Below are positions 37,800 to 46,563 of a DNA stretch of 64,000 bases, in pieces (the stretch's first letter is position 1; each line of letters opens with the position of its first letter). The DNA is from an uncultured Gemmatimonadales bacterium (GTDB taxonomy: Bacteria > Gemmatimonadota > Gemmatimonadetes > Longimicrobiales > Longimicrobiaceae), in the NCBI GenBank assembly GCA_963716255.1, contig OY970303.1:2848001-2912000 (forward strand), given 5' to 3'. The translations under genes were made by a program, and so were the position numbers. The notes under the pieces were generated by a model, which was given only the letters and a program-made list of their open reading frames with translations, did not search any database and was not told the origin of the DNA.

Positions 37800-38428
37800 C
37801 CCACCGGCTCCTCGCCAAGCGCGCCGAAGAAGGCCGTCTCCGCCAGCGGCCGCCGCGTCCGCGGGCGCGCCTCCCGTTCCAGCAGCATCGCGTCGTCCAG
37901 CGCGGGATCGTGCCGCCCCACCGCGATCACCGCCATGGGGCGGAACTCCGGCGGCACGTCCAGCGCGGCGCGCAGCGCGTCCGCGTCCCAGCCGGCCATG
38001 GGGTGCGCCGCCAGCCCCAGGTGCGTCGCCTGCACCAGCAGCAGCCCGGTGGCGATCCCCGTGTCGTGCTCCGCCCAGGCGTTCGCCTCGGCGCCTCCCC
38101 CCTTCTTCTCCCGCGTGGTCTTCGCCAGCGACACCAGCAGCACGGACGCGCGCTTCGCCCAGGCGTTCCCCGGCCGCAGTGCCGCCTCCAGCCCCGCGCG
38201 CCGTGGGTGGCCGCGGGGCACCACCAGGAAGCGCCAGGGCTGCTCGTTCCCCGCCGAGGGCGCCCAGCGCGCCGCCTCCAGGAGGGCGGCCAGCTCCTCC
38301 CGCGCGACCTCGTACCCCGCGTCGAAGCGCGACGGGCTCCACCGCGCCGCGATGGCCGGGTGCACCGGCACCGAGGTGTCCGCCAAGCGCGCGGGGTAGC
38401 CGCGCGCGTCCAATTCCGTGCTCGCCAT
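37796..38428 (-). CDS. Nitroreductase family protein
   Basis: RWSPSRF, EAARWAPSAGNEQPWRF. Confidence 0.9.
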   Translation of the reverse strand: MASTELDARGYPARLADTSVPVHPAIAARWSPSRFDAGYEVAREELAALLEAARWAPSAGNEQPWRFLVVPRGHPRRAGLEAALRPGNAWAKRASVLLVSLAKTTREKKGGGAEANAWAEHDTGIATGLLLVQATHLGLAAHPMAGWDADALRAALDVPPEFRPMAVIAVGRHDPALDDAMLLEREARPRTRRPLAETAFFGALGEEPVG

Positions 38429-38535
38429 CACCTTCTCCCTGTGTGGTTCCGGGAAAGCCGCGTGCTCCGGACCGACGAGCGCGCCGCCGGTCCGTGGACC
38501 GGCGGCGCGCTGTCGTCGCCCTCGCGAGGCCGCGG

Positions 38536-39060
38536 CTACGGCTTGCGCTTCTTGCCGCCCTTGGGGGCCCAGGACGGGGGCCCGCCGCCGGGGCCCTTGC
38601 GGGGGCGCGGCGCGTCGTCGTCGCGCTTGCGGGGGCGGTCGTCGCCGCCCGCCTGGCGCTTGCGCGGGCGATCCTCCCCGTCGTCGCGGCCGCGCGGGCG
38701 GGCGTCCGCGCGGGGCCGGCGGGGCGCGCCTTCCTCGCGGTCGCCGCCGCCGGGGCGCTCCCGGCGCGGGCCGCCCTCCCGCCGGGGGCCGCCGCCGGCA
38801 TAGCCGCCCGGGCGGGGCCGGGACGGACGGTCGCCGTCGGGGCGCTCCATCCCGCCGGCCAGGCGCTGCAGGCGCCGGGCCTGCTGCATCAGCGCGCGCG
38901 CCTGGTCCTCCAGCTCGTCGGCCAGCTCCAGCAGCTCGTCCGCGCGCGCGGCCGGGGGCGGTGGGAAGCCGCGCGGCTCGTCGGAATCGTCGCGCGGACG
39001 CGGAGGCCTGCGGTCGGAGGGACCGCGCCCGGGGGGGCCGCGGCGAGAAGGCTCTTTCAT
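38536..39060 (-). CDS. Low-complexity R/G/P/D-rich protein with a short coiled coil
   Basis: ORF from MKEPSRR; GCAAGGAA upstream; ELLELADELEDQARALMQQARRLQ. Confidence 0.6.
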   Translation of the reverse strand: MKEPSRRGPPGRGPSDRRPPRPRDDSDEPRGFPPPPAARADELLELADELEDQARALMQQARRLQRLAGGMERPDGDRPSRPRPGGYAGGGPRREGGPRRERPGGGDREEGAPRRPRADARPRGRDDGEDRPRKRQAGGDDRPRKRDDDAPRPRKGPGGGPPSWAPKGGKKRKP

Positions 39061-39283
39061 CGTGTTTCCTTGCCGGTCGTCGTGAGCGGATGCGTCGTGC
39101 GCATCCGGGGGTGCTGCACGTTGCGCACCGCTGCGGGACTTCTGCCCTTTGATCGCGGAGCGCGCCTTCAGGCGGTCGCGGACCTCGCCCCAGGTGGGGG
39201 TGGAGGCCGGTCCCGCCTCGAATTCATCGAGGCGGCTCTCCAGCTCGCGGAACCGCTTGCCGCCGCGGGGGGGTGTCATGACG

Positions 39284-39511
39284 TCACGCGGCGAACTCGA
39301 ACACGGGGGTTGCCACCACCCGGTCCGGGGCCCGCTCGCTCCACATGATCTCCTGGAGCCGCTCGACGGTGGACGGCGAGAAGTAGCGCTCTCCGGTCTC
39401 CTCGTCAACACGCGCCGGTACGTTTTCCACGATGATGACGCGTCCTTCGATCTCCACCGTGTACGTGACCAGCCGCTCCACCAGCCGTTCTTCGTGCTCC
39501 GGATTCGTCAT
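39284..39511 (-). CDS. YgiT-type (MqsA-like) putative antitoxin
   Basis: IIVENVPARVDEETGERYFSPSTVERLQ. Confidence 0.8.
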   Translation of the reverse strand: MTNPEHEERLVERLVTYTVEIEGRVIIVENVPARVDEETGERYFSPSTVERLQEIMWSERAPDRVVATPVFEFAA

Positions 39512-39514
39512 CCT

Positions 39515-39823
39515 TCACCTCCTGCGCTGGCGATGGTCCGTCCAGAGTTCGGGATCGGGCTCATACAAGGTAATGATCTTGAGCACCGGACGGGACGGAT
39601 AGCTGCACTGGAAATGGAGAGGGCGTCCTCCGTCCGTCATGCCGAGCACAAGACCGCTGGGGCCGTACTTGTCGTCCGGGTAGTCTTCGATCACTTCGCC
39701 CAGGCCCAGAGCCTCGCGGATCTCCCGCACCGTGATTCTGCGCACGCCGGCCTGTTTCACCGCGTGCTCCGAAAGCTCGAACCGGTCCTCAGCGACCTTC
39801 CTGCGGATCTGCTCGATCAGCAT
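39515..39823 (-). CDS. DUF4258 putative toxin
   Basis: SEHA, GEVIEDYPDDKYGPS..G..RPLH, IITLYEPDP. Confidence 0.85.
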   Translation of the reverse strand: MLIEQIRRKVAEDRFELSEHAVKQAGVRRITVREIREALGLGEVIEDYPDDKYGPSGLVLGMTDGGRPLHFQCSYPSRPVLKIITLYEPDPELWTDHRQRRR

Positions 39824-40917
39824 CTCCCCCCTGTGGAGCCCGTGGAAGCCGTGCACGCCGCGAACACCTCGCGCAGGTCGGCGCGCTCCAGCACCGAGGG
39901 CGCGGGCTCGCCGCCGGCGTCCGGCCAGCGGACCAGGCGGATCTCCCCGCCGGCGATCTCGATGCCGGTGATGTGCCCGTCCACGAAGCAGCAGCACCCC
40001 GTGTTGAAGTAGTACGGGCCGGCCATGGGCACCACCCGCTCCGCCGAGGCCTGGTTCTCCTCCGCGCGGACCCACTCCAGCTCCGCCCGCAGCCGCCGCA
40101 CCCGCTCCGCCGCCTCCGCGTCCCCGCCAGCCGCCGCGGCGCGCGCCGTCTCCAGCTCCGCCTGCACCCCGGCGGATCGGGGGCGCGAGCGGAAGATGGG
40201 GGCGTGCGTGTGTCCCGCCACCAGCACCGTGCCGGGGTGCTCCTCGGCCCAGGAGTACAGCGCCACGTCCTGCCGCTTGCGCAGGCGGAAGTCGCGGGCC
40301 GGCGTGTTCAGCGAGCGCCCCGTCACGCGCTGCACCGTGGTCCACACGTAGCGCACCGGGAGCCGGGCGACGCGCGACCAGCGGTCGCTCCAGCGCATCC
40401 CCTGGTGCCCGTGCGCCAGGAAGAGCGTCCCCAGCTCCCGCCCGCCGTCCGTCACCCGCAGCCGGATCGTCTCCTCCACCCGGATCCCGGGGAAGATGGG
40501 GTCCAGGAGGGTGCGCACGGCCAGCTCCGTGCCCCACAGGTCGTCGTGGTTCCCCCAGACGCGCCGGTAGCGGCCCGCGCGGTGGAACTCCGCCTCCAGC
40601 TCCAGGGTGTGGCGGTACGCCTGGAAGATGGCGTGCGGCGTCGCCTCCCACAGCTCCTCCGCGTCGCCCAGCACCACCAGCGTGTGCCCCGCCTCCAGGT
40701 AGTAGCCCAGCGCCGCGTCGTACGCCGCCTCGCAGCGGCGGAAGTCGTCGGCCCCGTCGCGCACGCCCTTGTGCTGGTCGGAAAGGATCACGATGCGCGC
40801 CTCCGCCAGGTCGACGGTCTGCTCGTGCTCCCCCGCGCGCTCGTACGCCGCGTCCAGCGCGCGCCCCACCTGGCGCAGGTACGCCTCCGTCTTCCTCCTG
40901 CCGTCGCTTCGGGCCAT
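39817..40917 (-). CDS. Metallophosphoesterase
   Basis: SDQH, GDAEE, GNHD, HGHQ, GHTH, NTG motifs. Confidence 0.85.
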   Translation of the reverse strand: MARSDGRRKTEAYLRQVGRALDAAYERAGEHEQTVDLAEARIVILSDQHKGVRDGADDFRRCEAAYDAALGYYLEAGHTLVVLGDAEELWEATPHAIFQAYRHTLELEAEFHRAGRYRRVWGNHDDLWGTELAVRTLLDPIFPGIRVEETIRLRVTDGGRELGTLFLAHGHQGMRWSDRWSRVARLPVRYVWTTVQRVTGRSLNTPARDFRLRKRQDVALYSWAEEHPGTVLVAGHTHAPIFRSRPRSAGVQAELETARAAAAGGDAEAAERVRRLRAELEWVRAEENQASAERVVPMAGPYYFNTGCCCFVDGHITGIEIAGGEIRLVRWPDAGGEPAPSVLERADLREVFAACTASTGSTGGRC

Positions 40918-40989
40918 GCTGCTCCGTTCTTTCCCGGGTTCCCCGGCGGCCCTCCGGAAGAAGCGGACCGCGGCGGGCTCCCCGGGAGG

Positions 40990-41688
40990 TCAGCCGCCCG
41001 TGCCCAGGTATTCGCGGCAGAAGCGGTCGCTCCGGCGCGCCTCCGCGGGGGTGCCCAGCCAGGTCGTGGTCCCGGAGGCCACCCACAGCAGCCGGTCGGC
41101 CAGCGGGAACAGGATGGGCACCTCGTGGCCGGAGAGCACCACCGCGCAGCCGCGCTCCGCCAGCGCACGGAAGGCCGTCGCCAGCCCCTCCGCGTCGCGC
41201 GGGTCCACACCGCGGAAGGGCTCGTCCGCCACCAGGCAGGCGGGGCGCCGCGCGAAGGCGAGCGCCACCTCGGCGCGCCGCGTCTCGCCGCCGGACAGGC
41301 CGTGCGGGCGCCGGTCCAGCAGCCCGGCGATCCCCAGCAGCTCCGCCGCCTCGCGCGCGTCGCCGCCGGAGCCGCGGGCGAACGCCCGCAGCTGCTCGCC
41401 CACCGCGAGGCCGGGGGCGAGGACGTCGCGGTCGGGGAGGTAGAAGAGGCCGCGGCGGGCCAGCAGGTGCAGGCGGGGGCGCTCGTACACCTCGCCCATG
41501 AAGTGCACGGTGCCGTGGTCGGGAGGGAGCCACCCGGCCGCGATCTTCATCAGCGTGCTCTTCCCGGAGCCGTTTCGCCCCACCACCGCCGTCACCGCGC
41601 CCGCCTCCGCCCACAGCGAGCCGGACCTGAGCACCACCCGGTCGCCGAATCGCTTGCCCACCGACTCGGCGGCGAGGACGGCGTTCAC
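40990..41688 (-). CDS. ABC transporter ATP-binding protein
   Basis: GRNGSGKST, LSGGE, ADEPF. Confidence 0.9.
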   Translation of the reverse strand: MNAVLAAESVGKRFGDRVVLRSGSLWAEAGAVTAVVGRNGSGKSTLMKIAAGWLPPDHGTVHFMGEVYERPRLHLLARRGLFYLPDRDVLAPGLAVGEQLRAFARGSGGDAREAAELLGIAGLLDRRPHGLSGGETRRAEVALAFARRPACLVADEPFRGVDPRDAEGLATAFRALAERGCAVVLSGHEVPILFPLADRLLWVASGTTTWLGTPAEARRSDRFCREYLGTGG

Positions 41689-42017
41689 GCGCCCACCAGG
41701 AGGAGGAGCGCCGCTTCGCCCACCAGCGGCGGGGACACCGCGAGCGCCGCCACCCCCGCCGGCCCCGTCCCCAGGTTGGCGAACAGCAGGTGCTCGTGGC
41801 GCCGCCGCGTTTCCAGCACCGCCAGCACCGCCACGACGGGAACCGAGACCAGGGGAATGGGCGCGACCAGGAGCCCCGGGGAAACGGGCTCTCCCGCCGC
41901 CGCGGCCAGCAGCAGCAGCGGGACCAGCACCAGCAGGCGGACGCCGGGCCAGAACGCCAACGAGCGCCGCAGCAGCACCCGCGAAAGGGTCCGCTCGGGG
42001 AGGGTCCAGCCGGACAT
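41685..42017 (-). CDS. Small membrane protein coupled to the ABC ATPase
   Basis: Three hydrophobic segments; 4-bp overlap with the ATPase start. Confidence 0.65.
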   Translation of the reverse strand: MSGWTLPERTLSRVLLRRSLAFWPGVRLLVLVPLLLLAAAAGEPVSPGLLVAPIPLVSVPVVAVLAVLETRRRHEHLLFANLGTGPAGVAALAVSPPLVGEAALLLLVGA

Positions 42018-42309
42018 CGCGCCTCCGCTGGTGACGGGGGGAGCGCGCCGCGGGCGCGGCGCGAGCCGGGGTTGGTGACGGGAAAAGTGGGACAGGGCTG
42101 TCCCAATCGAGGCGGCTGCGCCCCTCCCACGCGCGCCGGCCCATCCGGCCGGCCGGCCGCAAGCGGTCACCGTGCAGACACTTGCGAGAAGCAGGGCACG
42201 GGAGTAAGCTGACGCACGGGGATTGCGGCGCAGGAGCCGGATTCACCCGGGCCGGCCGGCGCGAGCGCGACCGGCCGTGCAGCCACATCTCCGTGCAGGA
42301 GTTCCCGCG

Positions 42310-43131
42310 ATGAAGATCTCCAAGCACCTGCTCGTCAAGGCGGACGGAACGCCGTACCCGTTCCGCGCCAGCCCCAACGTGGGTGGAAAGCTGGAAGCCA
42401 AGTACCTGGTCATGCACTTCACGGCGGGGTCGAGCGCACAGGAGTCCATCGACTGGCTGTGCAACGCCCGGGCGAAGGCATCGGCGCACGTGGTGATCGG
42501 CCGGGACGGAAAGATCACGCAGCTGGTTCCCTTCAACAAGGTCGCCTGGCACGCGGGCGCCAGCCGCTGGGAGGGGATCGACGGCCTCAACGGCCACTCC
42601 ATCGGCATCGAACTGGACAACGCCGGCCGGCTGGTGCGCAAGGGCGGCAAGTGGCAGGCGTGGTTCGGGGCGACCATCAAGGACGCGGACGTGATGGAGG
42701 CCGTGCACAAGAACGAGAGCTCGGCCTGCGGCTGGCACATCTACACCCCCGAACAGATCGAGGCGGCGGTGGAGCTCGCGGCGCTCCTGGTAGACCAGTA
42801 CGGGCTCAAGAGCATCATCGGCCACGACGACATCTCCCCCGGGCGCAAGTTCGACCCGGGTCCCGCGTTCGCCATGGGCAACTTCCGCTCGCGGGCCATG
42901 GGAGTGTCGGACGACAGCCTCCCGCAGTTCGTGGCCACGGAGGCCCTGAACATCCGCGGGGGCCCCGGCGCCGGCTTCGCCGCGCTCCCCGAGGGGCCGC
43001 TCCCGGCCGGGACGCGCGTGGAGGTGCTGGCGGAAGAGGGGAACTGGCGCAAGGTGGACGTGATCGGCACCGTGAACGGCGCCAACGACCTGGAGGGGTG
43101 GGTGAACGCGCGCTTCCTGCGGCGGGCATAG
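42310..43131 (+). CDS. N-acetylmuramoyl-L-alanine amidase (Amidase_2) with SH3 domain
   Basis: MHFT, ASAH, AWHAG, SIGIE, GHDDISPGRKFDPG; LNIRGGPG. Confidence 0.9.
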   Translation: MKISKHLLVKADGTPYPFRASPNVGGKLEAKYLVMHFTAGSSAQESIDWLCNARAKASAHVVIGRDGKITQLVPFNKVAWHAGASRWEGIDGLNGHSIGIELDNAGRLVRKGGKWQAWFGATIKDADVMEAVHKNESSACGWHIYTPEQIEAAVELAALLVDQYGLKSIIGHDDISPGRKFDPGPAFAMGNFRSRAMGVSDDSLPQFVATEALNIRGGPGAGFAALPEGPLPAGTRVEVLAEEGNWRKVDVIGTVNGANDLEGWVNARFLRRA

Positions 43132-43276
43132 GTGGACCTGCCCTCCGCGTAGTGCGGCGAGCGGCGCCCGCCGCTCGCCGTACAGGGGATGCCCGGGCCC
43201 TGACCGCCGGCACGCCGCCCACACACACGAGCCGGGGCCGTCCCTTTACGCGGGCGGCCCCGGCTTCGCTTCGCCC

Positions 43277-44503
43277 CTACGCCAGCAGCGTCGCCGCGAG
43301 CGCGGCCGCCGCCGCCAGCAGCGCCGCCGCCGCGAGCCCCAGCGCCAGCCGCGCCCTCCCCCGCGCCGCCTCCACGGCCGCGCGCGTCGCCCCCTCCAGC
43401 TCCGCCGCCCGCCCCACGAGCGCCGCCGACGCCTCCGCCTGCGAGCTTTCCAGCCGCCCCAGGCGGTCGGGGAGCACCCCGATGGTCCCCTCCACCCGGC
43501 CCAGCCGCTCCGGGAGCGCGGCCAGGGCGTCCTCCACCTCCACCACCCGCGCCGCCAGCGCGCTCATCTCGTCGCGCACCTCGTCCGCCACCGTGCCGGC
43601 GCCGCCCGCCAGCGCGGCCCAGGGATCCGCGGCCGCCGCGTCGCCGAAGAGCGACTGCCCCATCACCGAGCGCGCCGTCTGCACCTGACGCATCCCCTCG
43701 TCGAAGTGGTGCTGGCCGATGCGCTTCTGGTCGTCGGGCACCGGCTCGGAGGCGGCCATCTGCGCGGCCTTGAGCACCGCGTTCTTGATGTCGCCGCCGC
43801 TGGCCGGGTACAGCTCCGCCAGGGCGCGGAAGTCCACGTCCTCGCCCAGCGGCGTCTTTTCGCCGTGCAGCTGCACCCGCCAGATGCGCTCGCGCTCCTC
43901 CGCGCCCGGCATGGCGAAGAGGATGTGGTTGCGGATGCGGCGCTCGAAGGCCGGGTCGAAGTTGGCGGCCAGGTTGGTGGCGAACACCACCACCCCCGGG
44001 AACTCGTCCAGCTCGCGCAGCAGCACGTTGACCACCAGGTTGGCCTCGCGCTGGTAGCCCCCGTCCATCATCACGGAGCGCCGCGCGGCGATGGCGTCCG
44101 CCTCGTCGAAGAAGAGCACCGCCTCCTGCTCGGCGGCGGAGCGGAACACGGCCGACACGTTCTTTCCCGTGGCCCCGGCCCACTGCGACTCCAGCTCGGC
44201 GTAGCGAACCACCAGCAGTCGCCTCCCCAGCGCGTGGGCGATCGCCTCGGCGCAGATGGTCTTTCCCGTCCCCGGCGGCCCGGCGAAGTTGAAGGCCAGC
44301 CCCAGCCCGGCGTCGTGCCGCTCCCCCAGCCCCCAGCGGCGGAAGATGAGGTCGTGGTTGCGGATCTGCGCGAGGGCGTGCTCCAGCGACCGGCGGGTCT
44401 CCGGGGGGAGGACCACGTCCGCGAAGGTGCGGCGCGGGACCAGGGCCTCCACCAGCGTGCGGGCGGAGGTCCCCATGAACAGGTCTCGGAACGGATTGGC
44501 CAT
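43277..44503 (-). CDS. AAA+ ATPase with coiled coil and C-terminal TM helix
   Basis: GPPGTGKT, FFDEAD, FATN, AFERR. Confidence 0.88.
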   Translation of the reverse strand: MANPFRDLFMGTSARTLVEALVPRRTFADVVLPPETRRSLEHALAQIRNHDLIFRRWGLGERHDAGLGLAFNFAGPPGTGKTICAEAIAHALGRRLLVVRYAELESQWAGATGKNVSAVFRSAAEQEAVLFFDEADAIAARRSVMMDGGYQREANLVVNVLLRELDEFPGVVVFATNLAANFDPAFERRIRNHILFAMPGAEERERIWRVQLHGEKTPLGEDVDFRALAELYPASGGDIKNAVLKAAQMAASEPVPDDQKRIGQHHFDEGMRQVQTARSVMGQSLFGDAAAADPWAALAGGAGTVADEVRDEMSALAARVVEVEDALAALPERLGRVEGTIGVLPDRLGRLESSQAEASAALVGRAAELEGATRAAVEAARGRARLALGLAAAALLAAAAALAATLLA

Positions 44504-44526
44504 GCGGCTCCTTGAACTGCGGCTCT

Positions 44527-44653
44527 GGGCGTGCCCCGGCTGACGCCGGGTCGGGCTGCGGCTCCGTAAGCGAGCAAACAACGCTCGCTGACGGAGGCGA
44601 GCCCCGCCAAACTGCCGGCGGGTCTCGCCGCTTCGCGCTCGCATCCCTCACGC
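44527..44653 (-). repeat. Structured element, copy 6
   Basis: Reverse complement of the consensus. Confidence 0.85.
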
Positions 44654-44676
44654 AGGCATCGCGCTGACGTCCGCGT

Positions 44677-44890
44677 GGGCCCCCACCCGGCTCGCTCAGG
44701 CTCGCCACCCTCCCCCGTTCCGGGGGAGGGGAATCTCCACGCTGCGATCCTCGCCGTCGCCGCGTCGTGCTCCCCCTCTCCCCTTGTGGGAGAGGGGGCC
44801 GGGGGGTGGGGGGTAGACCGGCGCGCTGAATCCTGCTCCTGCTCCGTCGTTCTCCCCTCCCCCTTGCGGGGAGAGGCCGGGGGAGGGGGT
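44677..44890 (-). repeat. Cluster of CCCTC(T)CCCC..GGG(G)AGAGG REP-like palindromes
   Basis: Three related hairpins; the first matches 25575-25643 in inverse orientation. Confidence 0.75.
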
Positions 44891-45044
44891 CGCCGTTGCG
44901 GGGCAACTCCGGGCGCGCATCCCCCGAATGCAAGATCCCCACCGGGGCGCCCTGGCTCCGGCGGGGATCGCGTCTTGAACGGGGTCCCAGGACAGCAGGG
45001 GAGGGGCCCTGCGGCCCCTCCCCCCGCCCCGTTCCCGCGCGCAC

Positions 45045-46526
45045 TCACGGCGGCGGCGCCACCTCGCCGGGAAGGCTGTCCGGGGGAGCGCCGGTCGCCC
45101 CCTGCGGGTCCGCATCCGCGTCCGGCGCGGGGGACGCAGGCCCCGCACCCGCCGGCGCGGCGTCCGCCGCCAGCGCCACCAGGCGCTCCGCCGTGCGCGG
45201 CTCCGTGGCGAAGTGCAGGTGGAGGTACGAGGCCAGCACGTTGCCCCGCGGCCCCGCCACCACCCCCTCCGTCTCGCCGCCGTCCGCCCGGCGGTACGCC
45301 GGCGCGCCCGCGCCCACCTCCCGCGTCGAGAAGTGGAACTCGTGGCCGCGCAGCGCGTCCCCCGCCCGCGCCACCGGCGAGTCGCGGAGCGCCACCACCT
45401 CCCGGTAGCCCAGCGTCGGCCGCGGCTGCATGACGGACGCGCCGGGGAGCACGCCCGCCATGGGGTGCCGCGCCCCCGCCGCATCCACCAGCGCCTCGCA
45501 CAGGTACATCAGCCCGCCGCACTCCGCGTACACCGGCCGCCCGCTCCCGGCGAAGGCGCGCACCGCCGCGCGCATCGCGGCGTTGGCGGCCAGGCGCGCC
45601 GCGTGCAGCTCGGGGTAGCCGCCGCCCAGGTACAGGGCGCCCGCGTCCTCCGGCAGGCGCGCGTCGGCCAGCGGCGAAAAGAAGCGCAGCTCCGCGCCCA
45701 GGTCGCGCAGCAGGTCCAGGTTGTCCTCGTAGTAGAAGTCGAACGCCGCGTCCCGCGCCACCGCGATCGCCGCCCGCCTGCGCTCGACGGGCGCGGGGAG
45801 CGGGTCCGGCCCGCTCGGGAGCGGCGGCGCCGCCCGGGCCACGGCCAGCAGCCCGTCCACGTCCAGCGTCGCCGCGGCGCGCTCCGCCAGGCGCTCCAGG
45901 TCCATCGGCCGCTCCCCGGCGAGAACGAGCCCCAGGTCGCGCTCGGGGACGGCGAGCGCCGCGTCCGCGGGGAGCCAGCCCAGCACCGGCACCTCCGTGT
46001 TCCCCAGGATGGCGTCGCGGCACAGCGCGTAGTGCCCCGGGCCGGCCGCGCGGTTCAGCACCACCCCCGCCAGCGGCAGCGCCGGGTCGAATGTGTGCAG
46101 CCCCCGCACGACCGCCGCCGCGGTGCGCGCCATCGTCCACGCGTCCAGCACCAGCACGACCGGGGCGCCCAGCAGGCGGGCCGTGTGCGCCGTGGAGCCC
46201 TCGTCCGAGGTGGCGGAGCGCCCATCGAAGAGCCCCATCATCCCCTCCACCACGGCCACGTCCGCCTCCCGCGCGCCCGTCGTGGCGCGGCGGAACAGGG
46301 CGCGCAGCGTGTCCGGCGGGAGGAGCCAGCCGTCCAGGTTGCGGCTTGCCCGCCCCGCCGCGGCGCGGTGGTGCGAGGGGTCCACGTAGTCGGGCCCCGC
46401 CTTGAAGGGCGCCACGCGGAGCCCGCGGTCCCGCAGCAGGCGCATCAGCGCTGCGGCCACGGTGGTCTTGCCCTGCCCCGTGCCGGGCGCGGCCAGGACG
46501 AGGCGGGGGATGTGGAGGTCGCTCAT
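45045..46526 (-). CDS. cbiA: Cobyrinate a,c-diamide synthase
   Basis: GQGKTT, FKAGPDYVDP, EGMMGLFDG, GGGYPE, AECGGLMYL, GHEFH. Confidence 0.92.
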   Translation of the reverse strand: MSDLHIPRLVLAAPGTGQGKTTVAAALMRLLRDRGLRVAPFKAGPDYVDPSHHRAAAGRASRNLDGWLLPPDTLRALFRRATTGAREADVAVVEGMMGLFDGRSATSDEGSTAHTARLLGAPVVLVLDAWTMARTAAAVVRGLHTFDPALPLAGVVLNRAAGPGHYALCRDAILGNTEVPVLGWLPADAALAVPERDLGLVLAGERPMDLERLAERAAATLDVDGLLAVARAAPPLPSGPDPLPAPVERRRAAIAVARDAAFDFYYEDNLDLLRDLGAELRFFSPLADARLPEDAGALYLGGGYPELHAARLAANAAMRAAVRAFAGSGRPVYAECGGLMYLCEALVDAAGARHPMAGVLPGASVMQPRPTLGYREVVALRDSPVARAGDALRGHEFHFSTREVGAGAPAYRRADGGETEGVVAGPRGNVLASYLHLHFATEPRTAERLVALAADAAPAGAGPASPAPDADADPQGATGAPPDSLPGEVAPPP

Positions 46527-46563
46527 GGGGAGAGAGGCAGAGGCAGGCCGTCCGGCCGCCGCA

